From the NCBI GenBank assembly GCA_026936335.1, contig JAPMXV010000010.1, forward strand, positions 124,001 through 188,000: a DNA stretch of 64,000 bases. Reading direction: 5' to 3'. Source of the stretch: Mantamonas sphyraenae STR306. Its lineage: Eukaryota; Protista; CRuMs. Positions 20,858 to 30,798 of this stretch are shown here, piece by piece. The stretch's first letter is position 1. The number at the start of each line of letters is the position of its first letter. Under the pieces are notes generated by a model. That model was not told the origin of the DNA, made no database searches, and saw nothing but the letters and a program-made list of their open reading frames with translations. Both the position numbers and the translations under genes were made by a program.

Positions 20858-23800
20858 ATGGAACTCGCGTACGCCGCCTTCAATGGCACGCGCAGTCTGA
20901 TAAACGGGGCAATGGACGCCATTTCGGACGATGTGGAACGGTTGAGCGTTTGGGTGTTGTCGCTGACCATGGATGACGTGGCGTCCCTCTCCCGAGAGGA
21001 TATGGGCTTCGGCGACTCCTGGCTGGGCTTCGTCGAATATTGGGTGTTGGTGCTCATTGTGGTGGCCTTTTCCGTGGTGGTCATTGCCATTGTGCTTTGG
21101 GTGGGTGTCCTCTTGATCTTCTTCCTGGGCTACCTCCTGCTGAGTTATTGCCAGCACATGGTGTTTGTGATCTACCTGCGACTGCGCACATACAATTCAA
21201 AGGGAATAGACAGCTCCAAGCAGCTCAAGCGACACTTGCAGGCGTTCAAGGGCTTGCGCGGCTTGGTGGCGTTCCGCTTTTTGAACTTTGTCACCACGAC
21301 CCAAGCCGTGCTGAACCGGCCTTTGGATGCGCTGTTCACGGCCAGCAAGTACGATACATGCAACTTGACGGCACACAAGGCGAATGAGCGTGGGTGGAAG
21401 TGTCAAATGGGCTTTGCCGGATACGACATCTCCATTCAGAATTCCCCGCTCACCAAAGTGCTGAAAAAGGGCATGCACGAGCAGTTGGAAGAGCAAATGC
21501 AGACACGGCTGCTGCCTGGTCTCATGCAACCACTGATGCAGCTGTGGAGCAACCAGAAGGTGGTGCGTTTGGAGCGAGACCTGGGCCAGCTGTGTTTCCG
21601 GGCCACCATGGCGTGGACGTTCGGTGAGACGCTCGCAACTGCAAAATCATGGCGAAAAGTGCGTGGGGATTTGGCCATGTATGTGTATGGCACGAAACAG
21701 AACCGCATGGATGGCACGTTTGGGGAAAAGAACGATTGGTACGGACAAATCAGTGACGAGATGATGCGGCTGCTGAACAGCACCCTGGCCGAATGTGACC
21801 TGAAGCCCAAGTTGGCAGACACATACCAGGTGACACGTGCGTATGTGCCCTTTCAGCGCACAGACGGTGTGGAAGAGGAGCCCTCGGAGGACCTGCCCAA
21901 TCGGGAGCGTGGCACGGCACGCGACATGACGGGCATCAGGACAGAGACGGCGGTGATGATGGATGACATGGTGCGCATACGCTCTGTGATTGATCATTAT
22001 CTGAATGTGCAGAGTGGCGATGGCGATGAAGTTGCGCCGGTTCAATTGTTCCACGGGCTTGTCGAGAACGCAATCCGTGGCAGCCAAGCCCTGGCCAGTG
22101 CCGTGGTGGCCACGTTGCATCATCTGAACGACAATGCAAACATGCAACACAGGTTTCGTGTGCTGGCCGAGGTGGAGGAGGTGACACGTGGCTGGCGTGT
22201 GCCCATCTCGCGCAAGGTGCTGGCTCAGATGAAGCATTTGCAGCTGTGTGTGCTCGAGGCGTTGCGTCTCTCGCCTCCGGTGTCCTGTTTGCACACGGTG
22301 AACATCGAGTCGTACGACAGGCCGCCCCTGGTGCAGTACCTCGTGCGCGGGTGGTTCCAGAACGATTCCATTCCCATACTGGCACACATCCCGATTGACG
22401 TGATCCATCGGCACACAGATTTGTATGGCGACGACGCGGATGACTTCAATCCGGATCGGTTGGGACGGTTGATGGAGGAAATGCGTGAGGGGCAGGAAAA
22501 GCTGATGGAGGAGAAAAGGCAAACGCCGCAGCAGGCGTTCCACTTTGGAAAGGGAAAACAGGTGCCTGCGCCACGCAGGTGCCCCTTGTTTGACAACTCG
22601 TCAGAGGCAGGCGTGTTGTCCACGGCGGACCAGGTGGACATGTGGTATCCACTCGACGACCAGGGCAAGGTGAAGTTTGCGGCTGGAAACCCGTGGGATG
22701 TCGACGAGTACGCCATGGCATACATGCGATACCTGTCGTTCGGACGCGGCAAGATGTGCCCCGTGGCTGGTCTGGCGGTGGAGAGCTGTGTCAACATTGT
22801 GGCGCACATCGTGGCTGCGCTGGGCTCCGGCTGGACGTTGGAGGACCACGAGCTTGCCAGCGTGGAGCCAGGTGGGCTGTTTGGCACAGATTTTCTTCAT
22901 TCGGACGACCGGGATTTGTGCATGGTGGTGGTCAACTTGGAGGAGGAGGCCGAGGCTGTGCAAGAGCGACGCAAGGCGATGGCGATGCAGGGAGATGCAA
23001 CCGAAGTGGGCAGCCATTGCTTGAACGCCGCTGTGGCTGCCGAAGAGGAAACACTGCTGGAAAAGCTAAAGGCAGCCGAGGCGGAGGGCGCGGAGGAGGG
23101 AGACAGCAGCGACGAGGAGGACGAGGAGGGAGACGACCGTGTGGAGAATCTGTTGGATCTGCCTCTGGAGGTGCTGATGCGTGTGGTGTCACAGTGCAAG
23201 CTGCGTGATGTGCCGTCGATTCGGCTGTCGTGTGGACGGTTGAAGGAAGCAGCGGACCAGCCGAGTGTGCTGCTGGAACTGTTTGGAGAGAGACTTCCAG
23301 CGGGGTGGGAGGAAGGGTATGCACGGGAGGTGGAGATGGGACACGGGAAAGAGATGAGCTTGATGCAGTATGCTAGGGAGCAGTTCTTCTACCACCGGAT
23401 GGTCAACCATCCGCAGCAGTATCTGGTTCAAGGGGCGTTTGCTCGCAGACGCAACGACGATGACACGGAAAACCATCAAGTGTTTCATCCACACGGCGTG
23501 CAAAGGCCGGGCACTTGGCCATGGGATCCACAGCATGAGGAGCAGGAGCAGCCGCAGGAGCAAGCACAAGATGAGGAGGCGCAGGAGGAAAGCCAGGATG
23601 GTGTGCAGGATGGTGAAGAAGAGGAGGCAGTGGAGGAAGGCGGAGGAGGAGGAAGAAAACGCACCTCCGAATGATGATGACGTGGAGCAGGCGGAGGAGG
23701 CAAGGAGGGCAAAGGAGTTGCGGGAGAGCACCGAATTGGCCCCGGAAGACCCCGGATTGTCGCTGAATCCAGAAACACACGGCGTGGTGATGCGACCTCA

Positions 23801-24728
23801 GAACTGGGATTGGAAACCGTCGGACAATGCGTACGCTGCGCTGCGTTTGATGAAGTGTTCTCAGCTGCACAGGGTGAAGATGCTTGTTTTTGCCTCGCTC
23901 GAAGACGATGGAAGCGACGACGACAACCTTCGTGCCAGCGGACTGCTACGCGAAGTGCTGTCCCGACTGAACGAGGATGCAAAGAAGCGCGAGGATGGGC
24001 AGATGGATGATGCAGACACACCACTCCCGCTGGGAAATGTCCGCTTTTACGCAGCCATGTCGGATGTGACGCCGTCCATGCGCAACTCGTACCAGTTCCT
24101 GAATGCATCATCTGCAGGGCCGCTGTTGCAACACATGCCACGTGTTGAAACGGCCATTCTGAGGGGACAAGGGCTTGAGCTACCGGCAGCGATGCGTCTC
24201 ACGTGCTTGCGTACCCTTGTGCTGCAGTCGCGCGGCCTGTCGCGTGATCTCGTGCGGGAGTTGCCCTCCCACGAGTTTCCCAACCTGGAATGGCTGGAGC
24301 TGTGGCTGGGCTCGCCGCTGTACGGCGCCTCGTGGTTTGAGGAGGATCTGGAAAAGGGGCTGCTGGCAAGGAGGTATCCCCATGGTGCCCAAAAGCTGCC
24401 AAAGCTGCGTGTGCTGGGTTTGTGTCATTGCCATGCCATCGACACATTGGTGCCCATTCTGGTGGAGAGTGAGCTGTTGCAGCAGTTGCAGGTTGTCGAT
24501 TTGTCCCTTGGCTGTTTGAGCGACGCTGCTGGCGACGATTTGAAGCGGTTGTTGCGCAAGGGCAAGAAGTTGACGCATTTGGTGTGCCAGAGACACTACA
24601 TGAGCGATGATTGGACGGAAAACGTGCTTCCAGAGGTGGCCAAAGCGGAAGGGGTGACGCTGAAGTTCAACACCGGGGATTGGGATCCGGGGCCGTTGGA
24701 ACGCACCATTGCCTATGGAGATTGGTGA
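20858..24728 (+). CDS. TM-cytochrome P450-F-box-LRR fusion, paralogue 1 (one frameshift near 23636-23642)
   Basis: TM ~21040-21180, I-helix AIRGSQALASA, EALRLSPPV, FNPDRL, heme loop FGRGKMCPV (Cys 22757-22759), F-box LLDLPLEVLMRVVSQC..., LRR FPNLEWLELWLGSPLYG in the next frame. Colinear with intact paralogue 3. Confidence 0.85.
22747..23437 (+). repeat. Near-identical tract shared with 26743-27427 (copy A)
   Basis: Direct comparison shows long identical runs from cggcaagatgtgccccgtgg through the F-box to tatctggttcaaggggcg, interrupted by one short divergent patch. Confidence 0.92.
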
Positions 24729-24810
24729 GGGATGATTGGAGTGAAGGAGTGAAGGAGTGACGGTTTTTGTGTGGAATGGACGACGTTGGCGCTTGTGCAC
24801 CCAACACAAC

Positions 24811-27800
24811 ATGGACGAAGCACTGGCGTGGCTTGGCAAGGCACACCTGCAGCTGCATATCGCCCTCAGGGAAATTAGTGGCTGGGAGGATTCCAACAGT
24901 TTGTTGGCATGGATGGTATATTTCTGTGCCAATGTCTTCTCATTGTTGGAAGAACTCACAGTGAAGATCGCCACCGACTTTTTGGGCGAGTGGTTTCCGC
25001 GCCTGCGAACTCTCTCCAAGGCAGACATGGGCTTCTCCACGACGTGGTTTGATGCGTTTGAGTATTGGGCGCTTGTGATGTTGGCGGTGGCTGCGGCTTT
25101 GGTCATTCTTGCGACTATGCTGATTGTGGCGCTGGGAATTGGGATCGTGCTCTTTGAAGGCGCCCTTGAATCCCTGCGCCAGCATGTCACACCGGTTCTC
25201 CTGCGCTGGGAACTGCAGTTGTATATGCGCAATAACCGTTATGAGCGCAAGAAACGCTTGTCGCGGCACTTGCAAGCGTTCCGGAAGGCAGAAGGGGTGG
25301 TGGACGCGCACGAACGGCACTGGCACACCATGCATGTTGAAGCTGTGATGCGAAAACCTGCAGAAACATTGCTTCTGTGTTTAACAGACCACCCGGATGG
25401 ATGTCCCCACCTGCTGGAGCACATGGTTTGCCGGGGGTGGCTGTGCCAAGGAGGGTTCTCCCTGGTGTGTCCAAACGGCGCGCACCCTCTGACACGCACG
25501 TTGGAATTTGGCATCCATGGGGATGTGGAGGCTTGCATGCAGAACATGGTGCTGCCGACGCTGATGCGACCGCTGCTGCGTCTGTGGACGAGTCGGGAAA
25601 AGATCCACGTGGAAGAGGATCTTTCGCAGCTGTGTTTCCGCGCGGTTCTCGCGTGGACTTTTGGGGAGGAGCTGTGTCGTGCGAAACCGTGGCACACCAT
25701 TCGTGAGGACATTGCCAACTATGTGCAAATGACGAAGGAGGAACGAAAGCATGATTGGGTGCAGGACATTGAGAACGAGGCGACGAACAAAGTGCTGCGC
25801 CACCTGAACGGCATGCTGAGGGAGTGTGGCCTCACACCCAACATGGCTCTTTCACCGTATGCCAACGTGCAGGTGAAGCGCACGGACGGCGGAGAGGCAC
25901 TGCGTGACGTTGCACGCCCCCGTCTTGGCACAGCCAGCAACGAAAAGGACACTGCACAGCGAACATGGATGGATGTGGAAGACGTACAGTTGCGCACAGT
26001 GATCGATCAGATGCTAGCGAAATCAGTGTCGGGCGTTCTGGGCCTTCGCAGACACTACACGTTGCGACGACGGACATGTACAAACTGATGGACGGTGCCA
26101 TCCGCGGGAGCCAAGCGCTGTGTAGCGCGGTAATGGCCACGTTGCATCACTTGGACGCCAGTGCAGAGCACAAGGCCCGTGTGGTGTCCGAAGTGGAGGA
26201 GGTGATGCACACGGGGGGATTGAAGGCGCCAATCACACGCGATGCGTTGGCAAAGATGAAGCATTTGAGGTTGTGTGTGCTCGAGGCTCTGCGTTTGTCG
26301 CCACCTGTGTCGTGTTTGCACACGTGGAAGATGCAACAGAGCGACCTGCCCTTTCACGTGCCCTCGCTCACGAGCGGATGGATTTCCAACAACAGAATGC
26401 CCATGCAAGCGCACGTACCAGTGGATGTGTACCATCGCAACGTGGAACTGTACGGCAACGATGCGGAAGAGTTCAATCCGGATCGGTTGGGACGCGTGAT
26501 GGAGGAAATGCGGCGTGGCCAGGACAAGTTGATTGCTCAAAAGACAGACAATGGGGTAGTGCAGCAGCTGCCAGCAGCACGACGCTGTCCTTTGTTTGAC
26601 AACTCGTCACTAACGGCAGAGTATGCAACGGTTTACCAGATCGACAGGTACAGCGCGGAAGATGGTGTCAAACTCATTGGACCGCACACGTGGGACCTTG
26701 ACGAGTACCTGATGGCATACATGCGATACTGTCGTTCGGGAACGGCAAGATGTGCCCCGTGGCTGGTCTGGCGGTGGAGAGCTGTGTCAACATTGTGGCG
26801 CACATCGTGGCTGCGCTGGGCTCCGGCTGGACGTTGGAGGACCACGAGTTTGCCAGTGTGGAGCCAGGTGGGCTGTTTGGCACAGACTTTCTTCATTCGG
26901 ACGACTTTGACATGCGTAGGCGTGTCGACAAGGATGTAGGCGAGGCTGTGCAAGAGCGACGCAAGGCGATGGCGATGCAGGGAGATGCAACCGAAGTGGG
27001 CAGCCATTGCTTGAACGCCGCTGTGGCTGCCGAAGAGGAAACACTGCTGGAAAAGCTAAAGGCAGCCGAGGCGGAGGACGCGGAGGAGGGAGACAGCAGC
27101 GACGAGGAGGACGAGGAGGGAGACGACCGTGTGGAGAATCTGTTGGATCTGCCCCTGGAGGTGCTGATGCGTGTGGTGTCACAGTGCAAGCTGCGTGATG
27201 TGCCGTCGATTCGGCTGTCGTGTGGACGGTTGAAGGAAGCAGCGGACCAGCCGAGTGTGCTGCTGGAACTGTTTGGAGAGAGACTTCCTGCGGGGTGGGA
27301 GGAAGGGTATGCACGGGAGGTGGAGATGGGACACGGGAAGGAGATGAGCTTGATGCAGTATGCCAGGGAGCAGTTCTTCTACCACCGGATGGTCAACAAC
27401 TTGCCAGAGTATCTGGTTCAAGGGGCGAGTGCGCTTGACAACACCGCTGATTTGGATGAGTTGCATGCCTTCCTGAGGTTTCACGCCAACGAGAATCAAT
27501 GGCCGTGGGATGTGCCCATGGGGAAGGAGACAGCGCAGACAGAGGAATCGCGCCTTTGCATCAACACAGAGACACACGGCTTGGCGCTGGCAGCTCAACG
27601 GTGGAGGTGGTCTCGTCTGGACAATGAGCACTCAGTGCAACGTGTGCTTCAATGCCCGGACCTGCCATCGCTCAAGGCGCTGGTGTTCCCCTACTGTACG
27701 TTGACACAGGCTGTACGCTTCGACGACATGGTGTCCCAGATGCTCCAGGCATTGGAGAAGAAGCAACAAGAACGTGAGGAGGGCGTGATCGATTCCAACA

Positions 27801-28509
27801 CGCCACTTCCACTCGGCAATGTTCGCTTCTACGCCGCTGGAACACACGACGACCCATGGAGTGGCGCTTTTGTCAACTTTGACAATGTCCCGTCTGCAGG
27901 ACTGCTCCTCCCTCACATGCCACGTGTGGAGACGGTCATCCTGTGCGGAGAGCAGCTGACACTGCCCACGTCGCTGCGTCTGGAATGCCTGTCCACTCTC
28001 ATCCTCAAATCCCGCGGTTTGTCGCGTACAATCGTCCAAGACCTCACCAACCACCATTTCCCCAACCTCCACTGGTTGGAACTGTGGCTGGGCTCGCCGC
28101 TCTACGGCGCGTCCTGGCTGGAGGACGATTTCGAACGGGGCCTCCTCGCGCGCAGGTATCGAGCAACGCACAGCGCTTCCCAAAGCTTCGCGTGTTGGGG
28201 TTGTGTCATTGCCATGCCATCGACACCTTGGTGCCCATTCTTGCAGAGAGTGAGCTGTTGCAGCAGCTGGAAATCGTCGATCTGTCGCTGGGCTGTTTGA
28301 GCAATGACGCTGGCGACGATTTGGTCCGACTGATTCGCAAGGGCAAGAAGTTGACGCATTTGGTGTGCAATTATCATTATATGACGCACGAGAAGACCGA
28401 TCACGAGCTAGCGGCCGAGGCAAAGGCGAACGGGGTGCAGCTGCGATTCGATCACGCCAACTTCGACCCTGGCATTGGACAGAGGGACATTGCGTTTGCA
28501 GAGCTGTGA
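24811..28509 (+). CDS. TM-cytochrome P450-F-box-LRR fusion, paralogue 2 (three 1-nt frameshifts at ~26020-26070, 26729, 28160; pseudogene or assembly error)
   Basis: Four consecutive ORF pieces reconstruct the same domain order with no in-frame stops after repair. Repairs at 26729 and 28160 restore YLSFGNGKMCPV and YPSNAQRFPK, matching the paralogues. Confidence 0.8.
26743..27427 (+). repeat. Near-identical tract shared with 22747-23437 (copy B)
   Basis: As for copy A; the offset is 3996 nt before the divergent patch and 3990 nt after it. Confidence 0.92.
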
Positions 28510-28587
28510 CCATGTGACACATGACATCATGGGAAAGGGAGCAGGAGCATGGGACGCCAACAAACAAAAAAAGGAATCCAAATACAA

Positions 28588-29859
28588 TCATGCATTGATC
28601 GATTCGTAGCCGTGACGCTCACGCCACCATCGCACGGCAAAGAAGATGTTGACCACTGCACTGATGCCAAACAGGAGGCCCAACCAGGTGGCAGCCACAT
28701 CCCCGGGAGTGGTATTGGCTCCTGGGGTGAAACTGGGCGAACCGGGTTTGGGCGTGGGCGTTGGCACACAGGCGGGTTCTCCCAAGCCGTTCCATCCCCA
28801 CGTGAGCTGGTCGGAACATGCACAGGTACCCGTGTTGCCAATGCAGCGTGCGTTGGCAATGCTTTCACAGTCTTTGCGGCACTGTGTGGTTGGCACAGAC
28901 ACAAGCTTCACCGAAAACTGGCTGCTGAACGAGTTTGCAGGCGCGGTGCCCGGCGTCAACAGGAACTGGACGTAGGCATTGCGGCCTGGAATGACATCGC
29001 GCATGTGCAACTCGCCCATGTTGAACGTCTCACCCGTGTTGGGGCTCGTTTGCTTGCTGGTGACGCTTGCACCTCCGCCTTCCGTGCCCCACAGCGTCCC
29101 AGCCGTGGTGGAGCCCGTAAACGTGGCTGCCTGCACCTTGGACACAAACTGCTTCTGGCCGTCCATGGCACTCACCACCAGGTTATACTCCGTGGCGACT
29201 TGGTTACCCGGCAGAGCCATCACCACGGTCGTTGGTTGCGGCCCAGTTGCCCCGTTGATGCCATCCGGAAATGTCACCTGGGTGTCCTGGCCCAACAACG
29301 CTTCGGTGGCCTCCGTCGACACGAGCAGCAGTGTCACGTTGAGACTGGCAAAGCCAGGCGCTTTGTTTTGCACCTTGAACCAGAACGGAACTGCAAGCTG
29401 CGTGGGCAACTGCATGCCCACGGGCACACACGGGCTCATCACACCATGGAAAGAGATGCCAGATGTGTAACCGCTGAGGTCGCCGCTGTAGGACTGCGTT
29501 CCGGACAATCCCCGGGTGGCCATCGATTGGCATGCCGCCGACGTGTCCCCCTTTTGACGAAAGTACGGCCTACCCACCGTGTACAGACCATCCTCACCCT
29601 GCAGAGACTGTGGAAACGCACCCGTGAAGATGGTCACCTGGAGCTGCGTGGCCATGAGGTGGTCGTGGTTGAGTAGTTCCGGAAACGTGGAGGCGTACTG
29701 GAGGAGGTCGATCACGAGCTCCGCTGTGGGGTCGCCATTGTCCGTGCCAGAAAAGTTGCCCGATTGATACTCGCCCCCAACGGCTAGGCCACCCACTGCA
29801 TGTGCAGACTGGATGCACAGCAGCATGATTGCAAGGAGAACTGCAGCGAAACGGCGCAT
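28588..29859 (-). CDS. Type I membrane glycoprotein with EGF-like Cys module and GYxxPhi tail
   Basis: Signal peptide MRRFAAVLLAIMLLCIQSAHA, N-glycosylation sequons, 6-Cys module CRKDC..C..C.C..C, Pro/Thr stalk, TM, and tail RWWRERHGYESINA. Confidence 0.8.
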   Translation of the reverse strand: MRRFAAVLLAIMLLCIQSAHAVGGLAVGGEYQSGNFSGTDNGDPTAELVIDLLQYASTFPELLNHDHLMATQLQVTIFTGAFPQSLQGEDGLYTVGRPYFRQKGDTSAACQSMATRGLSGTQSYSGDLSGYTSGISFHGVMSPCVPVGMQLPTQLAVPFWFKVQNKAPGFASLNVTLLLVSTEATEALLGQDTQVTFPDGINGATGPQPTTVVMALPGNQVATEYNLVVSAMDGQKQFVSKVQAATFTGSTTAGTLWGTEGGGASVTSKQTSPNTGETFNMGELHMRDVIPGRNAYVQFLLTPGTAPANSFSSQFSVKLVSVPTTQCRKDCESIANARCIGNTGTCACSDQLTWGWNGLGEPACVPTPTPKPGSPSFTPGANTTPGDVAATWLGLLFGISAVVNIFFAVRWWRERHGYESINA

Positions 29860-29980
29860 CGTCGTGTTGGCAAAAGGTTTTTTGTTTTTCTCGTGCCGCG
29901 CTCCTGCAGATCACACACCCTTCCACACTTCTTTCTCCATTTGAACCATCAATCCATGGCTACTATCCACATAGGGGGTT

Positions 29981-30313
29981 TTACTGCTCGACCTTGACCT
30001 CGTCTTCAGCCTCCTGCGGCTCGTCTTTCTGTGCCTCGTTGTCGTCACTGCCTGCGGCCTCTTTGTCCCCCTCATCCTCTTTTTGCTGGGCGATTCGGAT
30101 CACCAGTTTGACACACGAGTCGATTCCCCAGTTGTGATCCATCACGTTCTGCTCGTTGTCAAACTCGCGTCCGCCAAAAATGATTCGCTGGCATTCCACG
30201 GGAATCCCCTCATTCTCCTCCACCTGCCTCTTCAGATCCAGAAACGTCATGTGACCCTCCACCTCCACTGCATAGTGTTTCATGGTCATCGTTTCCAGGT
30301 ACTGCACAGGCAT
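29981..30313 (-). CDS. Ubiquitin/NEDD8-like domain + acidic tail, no diglycine (copy 1)
   Basis: TFLDLKRQVEENEGIPVECQRIIFGGRE...VKLVIRIAQQ followed by an E/D-rich tail. Confidence 0.82.
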   Translation of the reverse strand: MPVQYLETMTMKHYAVEVEGHMTFLDLKRQVEENEGIPVECQRIIFGGREFDNEQNVMDHNWGIDSCVKLVIRIAQQKEDEGDKEAAGSDDNEAQKDEPQEAEDEVKVEQ

Positions 30314-30417
30314 TTTTGGACGCTGTTGGTGGCGTTTGCGCTGGGTCACTCAGGGAGGTCCTGAAGGGATCCTCACGGCATTCTCATTCCTGTTTGCATT
30401 CTCATTCATTCACAATC

Positions 30418-30756
30418 TCAGTTTTCAATCTGCACATCCTCCTCCCCGTCCTCCTCAGCGTCTCCATGAGCCTCCTGAGCATCCGCTTCAGCGTCTGCTT
30501 CCGAGCCTGCCTTGCCTTCCTCCTGCCTCAACCGAAGCACCAGCCGAACACACGCATCAATGTTCCAATTGTGTTCCAACACGCTCCAGTCGTCTTGAAA
30601 CTCCCGTCCGCCGTAGATGAGCCTTTGTTGGCTGGGAGGAATCCCTTCCTTCTCCTCCACCTGCTTCTTCAGATCCAGAAACGTCATGTGCTCCTCCACC
30701 ATCACCGTCACGTATTTGCCCATCGCCGTCGTCAGCGTGTGTTCCCCTCCTTCCAT
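30418..30756 (-). CDS. Ubiquitin/NEDD8-like domain + acidic tail, no diglycine (copy 2)
   Basis: LKKQVEEKEGIPPSQQRLIYGG (NEDD8 reads VEEKEGIPPQQQRLIYSG). Ends LVLRLRQEE instead of LVLRLRGG. Shares nucleotide blocks with copy 1. Confidence 0.85.
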   Translation of the reverse strand: MEGGEHTLTTAMGKYVTVMVEEHMTFLDLKKQVEEKEGIPPSQQRLIYGGREFQDDWSVLEHNWNIDACVRLVLRLRQEEGKAGSEADAEADAQEAHGDAEEDGEEDVQIEN

Positions 30757-30798
30757 GTTTGAGTTGCCCTGTGCCCGGCGGTGCGCTCAGCCCAAACC

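Noticed and set aside
22747-27427. Direct repeats ~4 kb apart as LTRs of a retroelement
   Set aside because: They are in-frame coding parts of tandem paralogues; no TG..CA ends, PBS, gag or pol.
24811-28509. Calling paralogue 2 a definite pseudogene
   Set aside because: No nonsense codons after repair, motifs intact, and the same type of 1-nt loss occurs in conserved housekeeping genes in this window.
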